In this document: piece after piece, positions 10,801 to 19,407 of the stretch
Layout: every line of letters begins with the position of its first letter
Position numbering within the stretch: the stretch's first letter is position 1
NCBI GenBank assembly: GCA_035545995.1
Contig: DASZXH010000044.1
Location: 1,527 to 65,526 of the forward strand
From: Verrucomicrobiia bacterium
GTDB taxonomy: Bacteria > Verrucomicrobiota > Verrucomicrobiia > Limisphaerales > UBA11358
Length of the DNA stretch: 64,000 nucleotides
Reading direction: 5' to 3'
Translations under genes and position numbers: made by a program
Notes under the pieces: model-generated
Seen by the model: only the letters and a program-made list of their open reading frames with translations
The model's database searches: none
What the model was told of the DNA's origin: nothing

Positions 10801-11349
10801 TCAACGCCTTTTCGCCTTTGGCTTGTCGTCGTCATATTTCACATGAAACCCAATTTCGCGGCGTTTGGGTTCCGGTGGAGACATTAACTGCCGGATGGCA
10901 TCGAAGACAACTTTGAATTGTTTGTCGTATTTCTTCTCCATCGCATCCAGTTTGCGGGCGAGTTCAGCGTTGGAGGCGAGCATCTGCCGCAATTTCACAA
11001 ACGCGCGCACCACCTGCACGCTGGTCTGCGCGGCGCGTTCGCTGTTCAGCACATTCGCCAGCATCAATGCGCCGTGCTCGGTGAAGGCATGGGGTAAATG
11101 AGGTGAAAATTTGAGCCGCACGAGGTTGTCACAATTTGTGATAACCTCGGTTTTCTCGGCTTCGGTAAGTTGAAACATGAAATCTGGCGGGAAACGGTTC
11201 AAATTGCGTTTGACGGCTTGGTTCAAGGACTTGGTGGAAACGCCATAAATGACGGCCAAATCCGAATCCAACATGACCTTCTCGCAGCGAATCAGCAGGA
11301 TGGCCCGCTCGATTCGTTCCATCGGAATCAGGTTTGCATTTTCGCTCAT
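10801..11349 (-). CDS. ORF6N-domain (KilA-N-related) DNA-binding protein
   Basis: 'IRCEKVMLDSDLAVIYGVSTKSLNQAVKRNLNRFPPDFMFQLTEAE' is the ORF6N signature. The start was moved to ATG 11349 so the gene no longer overlaps carB. Confidence 0.8.
   Translation of the reverse strand: MSENANLIPMERIERAILLIRCEKVMLDSDLAVIYGVSTKSLNQAVKRNLNRFPPDFMFQLTEAEKTEVITNCDNLVRLKFSPHLPHAFTEHGALMLANVLNSERAAQTSVQVVRAFVKLRQMLASNAELARKLDAMEKKYDKQFKVVFDAIRQLMSPPEPKRREIGFHVKYDDDKPKAKRR
11122..11148. promoter_or_regulatory. 27-bp palindrome GAGGTTGTCACAA-T-TTGTGATAACCTC inside the ORF6N gene
   Basis: Read directly: 12 of 13 arm positions pair. It shares the 13-mer GAGGTkGTCACAA with the site at 11357-11380. Confidence 0.5.
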
Positions 11350-11356
11350 GGGTTTG

Positions 11357-11380
11357 GAGGTGGTCACAAATTGTGACCGC
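11357..11380. promoter_or_regulatory. palindromic candidate operator GGTCACAA-A-TTGTGACC just upstream of the ORF6N start
   Basis: Perfect 8-1-8 inverted repeat at 11362-11378, ending 13 bp from the ATG at 11349. Confidence 0.5.
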
Positions 11381-11383
11381 CCT

Positions 11384-12889
11384 TTAATTCTTCGCCGCTG
11401 CCAATTCTTCTTCGAAATCCACAATCTCTTTTATCTGCACGAGAAACCAGCGGTCAATTTTGGTGAGATTGAAAATCTCCTCGATGCTGAATCCGGCGCG
11501 CAGAGCGTGGCGGATGAAGAAAATGCGCTCGGCGTTCGGGACGGACAGTTTTCGCGTGATTAAATCGCGCGGCAAAATGTCGCGGTCGCCATAAACGTCC
11601 GCACCGATGCGCCACGGTTTGCCGTCGCCGCCCAAACCGCTGCGGCCAATTTCCAGCGAACGCAGACATTTTTGCAGCGATTCCTTGAACGTGCGGCCAA
11701 TCGCCATCGCTTCGCCGACGGATTTCATCTGCGTCGTCAGCGTGGGGTCGGCTTGCGGGAATTTCTCGAACGCGAAGCGCGGAATTTTCGTGACGACGTA
11801 ATCAATCGTCGGCTCGAAACTCGCGGGCGTTTCACGCGTGATGTCGTTTTTGATTTCATCAAGCAAATAACCGACGGCAAGTTTGGCGGCAATTTTCGCG
11901 ATGGGAAATCCGGTGGCTTTTGACGCAAGCGCGGAGCTGCGCGAAACGCGCGGATTCATTTCGATGATGACCATGCGACCGTTTTCGGGATTGACTCCGA
12001 ATTGGATGTTCGAGCCGCCGGTCTCGACGCCGACGGCGCGAATCACGGCGAAACTTTGGTCGCGCATGATCTGAAATTCCTTGTCTGTGAGCGTTTGAAT
12101 CGGCGCGACGGTGATGGAATCGCCGGTGTGAACGCCCATCGGGTCGAAATTTTCGATGCTGCAAATGATGACGCAATTGTCCACGCGGTCGCGCATGACT
12201 TCCATTTCGTATTCCTTCCAGCCAAGCAGCGATTCTTCGATGAGAATTTCGTTCACGGGCGAGAGGTCAATGCCGTTTTTGGCGATGGCTTCAAATTCTT
12301 CCTGATTATAACCGATGCCGCCGCCGGTGCCGCCGAGCGTGAACGCGGGTCGAACGATAAGCGGAAAGCGTCCAATTTTTTTCGCGATGTCGCGGACTTC
12401 GTCCATGTTGTGCGCGACGCCGGAAATGGGAACGTCGAGGCCGATACTCAACATCAAATCTTTGAACGCGAGACGGTCTTCGCCTTTGTGAATCGCTTCG
12501 GGTTTTGCGCCAATCATTTCGACGCCGTGACGTTTGAGCGCGCCGTTTTTGTGCAACGCCATCGCGGTGTTGAGCGCGGTTTGTCCGCCGAGTGTGGGAA
12601 GCAAAACGAGTTTTCCTTTTGCACCAAGTTTTTGCATTTCCGCTTTTTCGCGCGCGATGATTTTTTCGACAGCTTCGGGTGTGATGGGTTCGATGTAAGT
12701 GCGGTCGGCAAATTCCGGGTCGGTCATAATCGTCGCGGGATTGGAATTGACGAGCACGACGCGGTAGCCTTCTTCCTTGAGGGCTTTGCAGGCTTGGGTG
12801 CCGGAATAATCAAATTCGCACGCCTGGCCGATGATGATCGGGCCGGCGCCGATGATGAGAACCGAGTGAATGTCCGTTCGTTTGGGCAT
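11384..12889 (-). CDS. carB: carbamoyl-phosphate synthase large subunit, stand-alone N-terminal half (501 aa)
   Basis: The N-terminus '[50 protein letters not shown]' is canonical CarB. The ORF stops in the oligomerisation domain at '[23 protein letters not shown]'. Confidence 0.9.
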   Translation of the reverse strand: MPKRTDIHSVLIIGAGPIIIGQACEFDYSGTQACKALKEEGYRVVLVNSNPATIMTDPEFADRTYIEPITPEAVEKIIAREKAEMQKLGAKGKLVLLPTLGGQTALNTAMALHKNGALKRHGVEMIGAKPEAIHKGEDRLAFKDLMLSIGLDVPISGVAHNMDEVRDIAKKIGRFPLIVRPAFTLGGTGGGIGYNQEEFEAIAKNGIDLSPVNEILIEESLLGWKEYEMEVMRDRVDNCVIICSIENFDPMGVHTGDSITVAPIQTLTDKEFQIMRDQSFAVIRAVGVETGGSNIQFGVNPENGRMVIIEMNPRVSRSSALASKATGFPIAKIAAKLAVGYLLDEIKNDITRETPASFEPTIDYVVTKIPRFAFEKFPQADPTLTTQMKSVGEAMAIGRTFKESLQKCLRSLEIGRSGLGGDGKPWRIGADVYGDRDILPRDLITRKLSVPNAERIFFIRHALRAGFSIEEIFNLTKIDRWFLVQIKEIVDFEEELAAAKN

Positions 12890-12903
12890 GGCAAATTAAA
12901 CAG

Positions 12904-12924
12904 CCACAGATGAAACACGGATTG
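12904..12924. repeat. REP-like motif CCACAGATGAAACACGGATTG (inverted partner at 13638-13657)
   Basis: The reverse complement matches 13638-13657 (CAATCCGTGTTCATCCGTGG) except for one indel and one mismatch. Confidence 0.5.
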
Positions 12925-13001
12925 AGTGCGAAACGAAAGAAAATTCCCTTTGAACCTATTTCGTCTGACCGCCAATCATCCAAGCCGGTGACGATTTAAT
13001 T

Positions 13002-13541
13002 TTACTCTTTTAATTTTTTCACTTCGGTGAAGAAGGTGAAATAGCGCGAGGCCGTAAAACCAATCGGCAACAGCAAAATGGCGAGCACAAACCAATCGCG
13101 CCATTCCGGATGGCGGAACATTTCCGCCGCCAGAATCAAAACGGCCAGCAGCAGCAGCGTCAGTGAAATGCCGCGATGGAAGCGGCTCAATTCAGATTGC
13201 AGCCATGCGTCCATGCGGCTTTCCAAAACGCGGCCATGATGGGAATCGGTGCAGTTGCCTTTGAGGTGGCAGCCGTTGCAATGATGCGCCGGGGCGCGGT
13301 AGGTGGCGATTTTCCGCTGGAAATCCGTCTGTTCGCGCGTCAGGTGAATGCCGGTCGGACATTGCCAGACGTCCAGTCGCTTTTGGTAGGTGAAACCGGA
13401 ATGGCGAAAATGTTCCGAGCGGCGATGTGAATGACGCGCGATGAGTTCCAAAATCACCGCGACGCCGACGAGCAACAGCGCGTAGCCGCCGGCCAAAATC
13501 ACTTCGATATGGATGCCGTGAAACATTTTATTTTCAAACAC
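13002..13541 (-). CDS. hypothetical Cys/His-rich membrane protein
   Basis: 179 aa with hydrophobic helices at both ends. The central loop reads 'WQCPTGIHL...YRAPAHHCNGCHLKGNCTDSHHGR' and contains a CxxCH. Confidence 0.45.
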   Translation of the reverse strand: MFENKMFHGIHIEVILAGGYALLLVGVAVILELIARHSHRRSEHFRHSGFTYQKRLDVWQCPTGIHLTREQTDFQRKIATYRAPAHHCNGCHLKGNCTDSHHGRVLESRMDAWLQSELSRFHRGISLTLLLLAVLILAAEMFRHPEWRDWFVLAILLLPIGFTASRYFTFFTEVKKLKE

Positions 13542-13550
13542 AGATTCTTA

Positions 13551-13616
13551 ATCCGCAGATGACGCAGATTTTCGCAGATTTAATTTTAATCTGCGTTCAT
13601 CGGCGAAATCTGCGGT
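13551..13616. repeat. REP-like element: 3x CGCAGAT then 2x ATCTGCG (nested hairpin)
   Basis: Read directly: CGCAGATTTAATTTTAATCTGCG forms the core hairpin, flanked by CCGCAGAT ... ATCTGCGG. Confidence 0.6.
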
Positions 13617-13637
13617 TAAAAATCAAATCAAACAAAT

Positions 13638-13657
13638 CAATCCGTGTTCATCCGTGG
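13638..13657. repeat. REP-like motif CAATCCGTGTTCATCCGTGG
   Basis: Inverted partner of 12904-12924. Together the two bracket the 179-aa gene. Confidence 0.5.
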
Positions 13658-13665
13658 TTCATTTT

Positions 13666-15960
13666 TTATCCGCCAAAGTTTTTCGTTTCGTGAATTTCTT
13701 CAAACAGCGTGCCGTCGGGAATTTCGCGCGGGGTTTGTTTTTTCATGTGAACCAATCCGTGCCAGCAGAGCCATAAAAGCGGCAGCGTGCCGCCGACGAT
13801 GAACAGCGCGTCGCCGGGCAAACGCAGCCATTCAAACAACGAATTGGCGTGGCTGGAAATGAATTTCAACGACCGCGCGTCGTAATAACTGACGCTGACG
13901 GAGTGATAGAGTTGAATCAAACCGAGCGGAAACAGTGTGGCGAAAACCATCCACGCGAGGCCGAGGTTGAGCGACCAAAAACTGATTTTCGCGGCGCGGT
14001 CGCTCCACAATTTTTCGGGAATCATGTAGCGCAGACAAAAGAGCGCGAGGCCGACGGCCAGCATTCCATAAACGCCCATCATCGCGGCGTGGCCGTGATT
14101 GGCGGTGAGCGCGGTGCCGATTTCGTAATAGGAAACAATCGGCAGGTTGATGAGAAATCCGAAAATGCCCGCGCCGAGAAAGTTCCAAAAACCGACGGAC
14201 GCCAGAAACATCACCGACCAGAAATGCGGAAACGGCGTTTTCGCATTGGATTCCTGCTGCGCGCCGAGTTGGAGAAAGCTCCACGCTTCGACGGTCAGGA
14301 ACGTGAGCGGAATCACTTCCGCCGCCGAGAAAAACGCGCCCATCGCCATGTGCAACGCCGGTTCGCCGGAAAAATAAACGTGGTGCATCGTGCCGATGAC
14401 GCCGCCCGCCGAATACAAAACCACGTCGAGATAAATCAGCCGCAACGCGACGCGCTGATGGACGACGCTGAGCAGCACGAAAATGTAGGCGACCATGACC
14501 GTCGTGAACAATTCGAGAAAATCTTCGACCCACAAATGCACGACCCAAAACCGCCAGAAATCCGTCGTGGTGAAATTGGAATTGGTGTGCACGAGCAGCC
14601 CAACAGCGTAAAACGCGGGAATGGAAAGCGCGGCGAAGAAAAACAGCCACGGCATATTGCCCATGTGCTCGTCGCGCAGGCGATGGCGCAGACCGCGAAA
14701 AAGGATGACGACCCAAAACGTGAGGCCGACGGTCAGCAGGATTTGCCAGAAACGTCCCAAATCCAGAAACGTAAAACCTTGATTGCCGAACCACGACCAA
14801 CCGCGTTCAATCCAGTGAAACACGCCCGCGTATTCGCCCGCCATGCTGCCGAAAACGACGAGCGCGAGCGCGCCGAGCAGCAAATAAGACAGGACGTTTT
14901 GTCCGCGCGGTTCGCGTCCGGTGATCATCGGCGCGAGAAAAATTCCGGCGGCAAGATAAGATGTGGCCACCCAAAAAATCGCCAGTTGCAGATGCCACAT
15001 GCGCGCGAGGTTGAACGGCAAAATTTGCGCGAGGTCGAAGCCGAAGAAATTGGAAATTTCCGCGCGATAATGTTCCGCCGCGCCGCCGAACATCGTTTGC
15101 AGGAAAAACAGCAGCGCCATGACGAAGAAAAATCCTGCGCACGCGCGTTGCGCCGGCGTGAGCATGACTTGATCGGGCGGACGAAACGAAATGCGCTGTT
15201 CCTCGCGTCCGTGCCAGCCGAGAAAATTCCAGCGTCCAAACGCGGCGAACAACAGCCCGATGCCGCCGAGCAGCGCGGCGAGCGAAAGCATACTCCAGAC
15301 GACGGCTTCCGCCGTGGCGTGATTGTTCACGAGCGATTCCGGCGGCCAGTTGTTCGTGTAGGAATAATTTTTGTTTGGCCGCAGCGTCGAACCCGCCCAC
15401 GCGGACCAACTGAAAAACGCGGTGAGTTGCCGGATTTTTTCCGGGTCGGTGATAGCGTTTGGGCGCAAACCAAATTTTGTCGTGGGCGAACCAAAAAATT
15501 CGCCGTAGTAAGCGGTGAGTTTTTGAAACGCGTCGGCTTGCGCGTCGCTGTAAATCAAAACGCCGGTTGCGGCGTCGTAACGATTCGTTTTGAAATCGGC
15601 GACGGTTTTTTCATGCGCGACGTCCAAAGCGTTTCCGCCGTAAAAATCAATCGTCATTTCGGCGGCGCGATGCAAATAGCCCGCCGTGAAATCCGGGCCG
15701 AGCCACGCGCCGTGGCCGAAAATCGAGCCGTATTCCATCAACCCGTTTTGCAGAAAAACTTCCTGCCCGGCGGTGATATCCGCGCCGGTGAACAAAACTT
15801 TTCCGCTGGCGTCCGTGACTTTGGCGGGAATCGGCGGCTCGTCGGTGTAAGTGTAATACGCGAGCAGTCCCATGATGAAAAAACCGAACAGCATCACGAG
15901 CGCGACGGCTTGCAGCCAGCCTTTGGAAACGAGCAGGGTTTTATTCGGAGATTCGTTCAT
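13666..15960 (-). CDS. norZ: quinol-dependent nitric-oxide reductase (qNOR), single-subunit NorZ/NorB type
   Basis: 764 aa with an N-terminal TM helix and a periplasmic extension, followed by a 12-TM haem-copper-oxidase core ('HLWVEDFLELFTT', 'GTMHHVYFSG', 'NHGHAAMMGVYG'). Confidence 0.9.
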   Translation of the reverse strand: MNESPNKTLLVSKGWLQAVALVMLFGFFIMGLLAYYTYTDEPPIPAKVTDASGKVLFTGADITAGQEVFLQNGLMEYGSIFGHGAWLGPDFTAGYLHRAAEMTIDFYGGNALDVAHEKTVADFKTNRYDAATGVLIYSDAQADAFQKLTAYYGEFFGSPTTKFGLRPNAITDPEKIRQLTAFFSWSAWAGSTLRPNKNYSYTNNWPPESLVNNHATAEAVVWSMLSLAALLGGIGLLFAAFGRWNFLGWHGREEQRISFRPPDQVMLTPAQRACAGFFFVMALLFFLQTMFGGAAEHYRAEISNFFGFDLAQILPFNLARMWHLQLAIFWVATSYLAAGIFLAPMITGREPRGQNVLSYLLLGALALVVFGSMAGEYAGVFHWIERGWSWFGNQGFTFLDLGRFWQILLTVGLTFWVVILFRGLRHRLRDEHMGNMPWLFFFAALSIPAFYAVGLLVHTNSNFTTTDFWRFWVVHLWVEDFLELFTTVMVAYIFVLLSVVHQRVALRLIYLDVVLYSAGGVIGTMHHVYFSGEPALHMAMGAFFSAAEVIPLTFLTVEAWSFLQLGAQQESNAKTPFPHFWSVMFLASVGFWNFLGAGIFGFLINLPIVSYYEIGTALTANHGHAAMMGVYGMLAVGLALFCLRYMIPEKLWSDRAAKISFWSLNLGLAWMVFATLFPLGLIQLYHSVSVSYYDARSLKFISSHANSLFEWLRLPGDALFIVGGTLPLLWLCWHGLVHMKKQTPREIPDGTLFEEIHETKNFGG

Positions 15961-16053
15961 AATTTCTGTGGGTGAAATTTCGTTATTTTTTAGGTCAAGT
16001 TGCCGCGCTTGTCAAAACGGCAGTCAGTGTGTCGCAAAAGCGGCGGCAACTCC

Positions 16054-16067
16054 TTGACTTAAATCAA
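16054..16067. promoter_or_regulatory. FNR/Dnr-type box TTGACttaaATCAA upstream of norZ
   Basis: One mismatch to the TTGAT-N4-ATCAA consensus. It lies 94-107 bp upstream of the norZ ATG, in the 120-bp feoB-norZ spacer. Confidence 0.6.
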
Positions 16068-16080
16068 ATTCGGAAATGAA

Positions 16081-18117
16081 TTAAGCGAAGCCGAAATGTC
16101 GCAACGTTTGATAAACAATCAGCGCCGCAACGTAAGCCAGACCGCTCATGTAGGCGATTTGAAACAGCGGCCATTTCCACGAATTCGTCTCGCGGCGCAC
16201 GACAGCGGTCGTCGAAAGGCATTGCGCCGCCAGAATGTAAAACACGAGCAGGCTCGCGCACGTCGCCACGCTGAAAACGGGCGCGCCGTCCGAGCGCGTC
16301 GCGCGCCGCAGCGAATCGTAAAGCGAACCGCGATTGTTTTCCGCCGCGTCGCCGCCGACGCCATAAACAATGGCCAGCGTCGAAACAATCACTTCGCGCG
16401 CGGCGAACGAACTCACGATGCCGATGCCGATTTGCCAGTCGAAGCCAAGCGGACGGATGACCGGCTCAATGGTGCGGCCAATTTTTCCGGCGAAGGAATT
16501 TTGCAAGGAATTTTGCTGCGTCAGCCGGTCGGCGTTCGCGCGAATTTCATTTGCCTTTTGGGCGTCGCCGGATTTTTCAAGTTGCGCGGCCTGTTGCGTC
16601 ATGGCAATGGCCGGCGCGGGCGTCGCGGATTTGGGATAATACGACAGCGCCCAGAGAATCAGCGAAACGGCCAGAATGATCGTGCCCGCCTGTTTCACGA
16701 AAATTTTCGCGCGGTCGAACGTGTGCAGCAGCGCGACGCGCAGCGCGGGAATCCGGTATTGCGGCAGTTCAATCATGAGCGGTTTGCCGCCGCCGGGCAA
16801 AATCGTTTTGCGGAAAACCAGCGCGGCGACCAGCGCGGCGGCGACGCCCGTGGCGTAAGCGCCGGTAAAAATGGCGGCGGCCTTCAGCGGCGAATCGGGA
16901 AAAATCAGCGCCGTGACCATCGCATAGACCGGAATGCGCGCCGAGCACGTCAGCAGCGGCGTGATTAAAATGGTGACGAGCCGGTCGCGCGAATTTTCGA
17001 TGACGCGCGCGGACATGATGGCGGGAATCGCGCAGGCGTGCGCCGAAAGCATCGGCACGAACGCTTTTCCGGGAAGGCCAAACCGCCGCATGATTTTGTC
17101 CATCACAAACGCAGCACGCGCGAGGTAGCCGGTGTCTTCGAGCAGTGACAGCGCGAAAAACAAAATGCAAATCTGCGGCAGAAAAACAAGGATGCCGCCG
17201 ACGCCGCCGATGACGCCGTTGACCAGCAAACTTTGCAAATCGCCGGCGGAAATTTTTTCCGCGACGAATCCGCCGAGCGTGGCAAATAAATGGTCAATCA
17301 AATTCATCGGAATTTTCGCCGCCCAAAAAATCAGCGCGAACAGCGAAAGCATGACGGCCATGAAAACGGCGACACCGGCGACCGGATGCGTGAAGATTTT
17401 GTCCAATCTGTCCGTCCAAACGGAACGCCTGATGGCGCGCGCATCCAGAACGCGTGTGGAAATTTTCTCCGTCCAGTCGTAGCGCACCTGAAACGCGCAG
17501 CCGGAACAACCGGCGCAATTCAATTTGAAATTGCCAGCCGTTTCCGGCGTCGGAATTTTGGCGAGCCGCGCGATTTCATTTTTCAATTCGGAAACGCCCG
17601 AACCGTCGCGCGCGGAAATCGAAACGACGGCGCAGCCGAGTTCGTTTCGCAATTTGGGAACGTCAATCCAAATTCCGTCGCGCCGCGCCATGTCCATCAT
17701 GTTCAGCGCGACGATGACAGGACGGTTCAATTCGAGAATCTGACTGACGAGAAACAAATTGCGTTCGAGATTGGTCGCGTCCACGACGACGAGCGCGGCG
17801 TCCGGCGCAAGATTTTCCACGCCGCAACGCAAGGCGTCGCCGGCGATTTTTTCTTCCGGCGACAAACCATCCAAACTGTAAAGTCCGGGCAAATCCACGA
17901 CGACAATTTGCTCCCTGCCAATTTGAAAGCGTCCGGTTTTGCGCTCGACGGTCGTGCCGGGAAAATTCGCGGTTTTTGCGCGCAGGCCGGTGAGCGCGTT
18001 GAACAAGGTGGTTTTGCCCGCGTTGGGATTGCCGACGAGCGCGAGCATGAATTTTTTTTGCGCGCGCGATTTCGTTGGCGGTTCAATCACATTGTCGGAA
18101 TGGTGACAATTGCTCAT
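16081..18117 (-). CDS. feoB: ferrous iron transporter FeoB
   Basis: 'LVGNPNAGKTTLFNALTG' is the G1 motif of the G-domain. 'FPGTTVE' and 'DLPG' follow, and then a polytopic membrane domain. Confidence 0.9.
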   Translation of the reverse strand: MSNCHHSDNVIEPPTKSRAQKKFMLALVGNPNAGKTTLFNALTGLRAKTANFPGTTVERKTGRFQIGREQIVVVDLPGLYSLDGLSPEEKIAGDALRCGVENLAPDAALVVVDATNLERNLFLVSQILELNRPVIVALNMMDMARRDGIWIDVPKLRNELGCAVVSISARDGSGVSELKNEIARLAKIPTPETAGNFKLNCAGCSGCAFQVRYDWTEKISTRVLDARAIRRSVWTDRLDKIFTHPVAGVAVFMAVMLSLFALIFWAAKIPMNLIDHLFATLGGFVAEKISAGDLQSLLVNGVIGGVGGILVFLPQICILFFALSLLEDTGYLARAAFVMDKIMRRFGLPGKAFVPMLSAHACAIPAIMSARVIENSRDRLVTILITPLLTCSARIPVYAMVTALIFPDSPLKAAAIFTGAYATGVAAALVAALVFRKTILPGGGKPLMIELPQYRIPALRVALLHTFDRAKIFVKQAGTIILAVSLILWALSYYPKSATPAPAIAMTQQAAQLEKSGDAQKANEIRANADRLTQQNSLQNSFAGKIGRTIEPVIRPLGFDWQIGIGIVSSFAAREVIVSTLAIVYGVGGDAAENNRGSLYDSLRRATRSDGAPVFSVATCASLLVFYILAAQCLSTTAVVRRETNSWKWPLFQIAYMSGLAYVAALIVYQTLRHFGFA

Positions 18118-18124
18118 GGCGTTT

Positions 18125-18385
18125 TCAGGGTTGCGCGCAATGTTCCGGCGTGCAGATTTCGACGCGGACGCGCGCGGCCAGTTCCGCCGAGAGGCCGAGC
18201 CGCGAATTGAAAACCTTGAGAATCAGCGGATCGCCGCCGCGCACCAGTTCCACGCGGCGACCGGCGCAAACGCCGAGCGTCTTCAGCCGCTGGATTTCCT
18301 CGTCGTCCGTCGCGATGTCGCGGACGATGCCGCAAACGCGCGGCGGCAAATCGTTCAACCGGACGAATGAGCGTGTCGCTTTCAT
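18125..18385 (-). CDS. feoA: FeoA-domain protein
   Basis: 86 aa with 'LKTLGVCAGRRVELVRGGDPLILKV', an SH3-like FeoA pattern. It lies directly upstream of feoB. Confidence 0.8.
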   Translation of the reverse strand: MKATRSFVRLNDLPPRVCGIVRDIATDDEEIQRLKTLGVCAGRRVELVRGGDPLILKVFNSRLGLSAELAARVRVEICTPEHCAQP

Positions 18386-18491
18386 TTTTTAATCGAGTCT
18401 GGCAAATCGGCGGACCATCCGCTGTTGTTCGATTGCCAAAAGCCAGCCTCAAATTGCTCTGAAAATTTAACCGGTGGATTCGCCGATTTCT

Positions 18492-18505
18492 TTGATTTGA
18501 GTCAA
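18492..18505. promoter_or_regulatory. FNR/Dnr-type box TTGATttgaGTCAA in the feoA / cupin divergent region
   Basis: One mismatch to the consensus. The centre is 41.5 bp upstream of the cupin ATG (18540). CAGAAT at 18527-18532 is spaced as a -10 element for a class II promoter. Confidence 0.6.
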
Positions 18506-18539
18506 AACATTGGCGCGGCGCTTGTGTCAGAATTTCAAC

Positions 18540-18893
18540 ATGAGCGAAAAGCCCCTGATTGATTTGACGCAGGAAAAAATCCTTTCGCTGGCGGCGGAAA
18601 CGAAATTTGCCGCGAACGGAATTGTCAGCCGCACTTTGTTGCGCGCCGAAAATGCGCGCGCCGTGCTGTTCGGTTTTGCCGAGGGGCAGGAATTGACCGA
18701 GCACACTTCCACGCAACACGCGCTGATACAAATTTTGTCCGGCGAATGCGAATTTTTTCTCGCGGGCAAACCGCACGCGCTCAAGGCCGGCGATTTGCTT
18801 TACATGCCGCCGCATTTGCGCCACGCGGTAAAAGCCACGCAACCATTTTCCATGCTGCTGACGCTTTTCAAACCGGAGAATCAAAATGCCTGA
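18540..18893 (+). CDS. cupin-domain protein
   Basis: 'GQELTEHTSTQHALIQILSGECEF...GDLLYMPPHLRHAV' is a cupin_2 pattern. The start was moved from 18510 to 18540 because 18510 abuts the FNR-type box. Confidence 0.75.
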   Translation: MSEKPLIDLTQEKILSLAAETKFAANGIVSRTLLRAENARAVLFGFAEGQELTEHTSTQHALIQILSGECEFFLAGKPHALKAGDLLYMPPHLRHAVKATQPFSMLLTLFKPENQNA

Positions 18894-19407
18894 AAAAATT
18901 GTGACCCTTGACGTTCGCGAAGACATCCGCAACGGGCGCGAACCGTTCTCAAAAATCATGGCCGCCGTCGCGGAATTGCGCGCGGACGAAAACTTTTTGC
19001 TGCTCGCGCCGTTTGAACCAAAGCCACTGTTCGGCCTTTTAGCCCGGCAAGGTTTCAATCATTCGGCGCGTGAAATTGAAAACGGCGATTGGGAAATCAT
19101 TTTCGCCCGCAACGGAAACAATTTTGAATCAAACAACCACCAACATAAAGCGCCTGCGGTTGAAAAATCGGCGATCCGCAACCGGCCATCGAAAATGATT
19201 GAAGTGGATGTGCGCGGACTCGAACCGCCGCAGCCGATGGTGAAAATTCTCGAAGCGCTCACGGCGCTGCCCGATGGCGCGGAAGTCCGCGCCCGCACCG
19301 ACCGCCGCCCGATGCACCTTTACGCGCAACTCGAAGCGCGCGGCTTCACCGGCGAAACCGAGGAACAAAATGATGGCAGTTTTCTTACCCATATCCGCGC
19401 GCGTTGA
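18886..19407 (+). CDS. tandem DUF2249-domain protein
   Basis: Domain 1 ('LDVREDIRNGREPFSKIM...LLLAPFEPKPL') aligns by eye with the 27184 gene product. Domain 2 is 'VDVRGLEPPQPMVKILEAL...'. There is an 8-bp overlap with the cupin gene. Confidence 0.7.
   Translation: MPEKIVTLDVREDIRNGREPFSKIMAAVAELRADENFLLLAPFEPKPLFGLLARQGFNHSAREIENGDWEIIFARNGNNFESNNHQHKAPAVEKSAIRNRPSKMIEVDVRGLEPPQPMVKILEALTALPDGAEVRARTDRRPMHLYAQLEARGFTGETEEQNDGSFLTHIRAR

Noticed and set aside
11384-12889. carB as a pseudogene truncated by the ORF6N insertion.
   Set aside because: Both copies of the duplicated 3' end carry a stop at the equivalent codon. No carB C-half sequence follows either copy. So the short form predates the insertion and looks like a genuine split gene.
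13849-15975. Very long antisense ORFs, for example the 708 aa opposite norZ. Others are 341-1231, 18114-19058, 20725-22029, 24995-26014, 40569-41768 and 61308-62249.
   Set aside because: Each mirrors a strand with unmistakable family motifs (NorZ, YebC, FeoA/cupin, NirK, DEAD-box, POP). Their translations are Arg/Gly/Phe-rich low-complexity sequence, typical of stop-poor antisense frames. None has start or coupling context.
19274-19369. Upstream extension of the 12-TM ORF (track start 19274), and likewise the long N-terminal extensions at 43560-43748, 35970-36110, 29177-29242 and 57688-57795.
   Set aside because: The extensions overlap neighbouring genes or lack signal features. Internal Met codons give proper signal peptides, TAT motifs or conserved N-termini.
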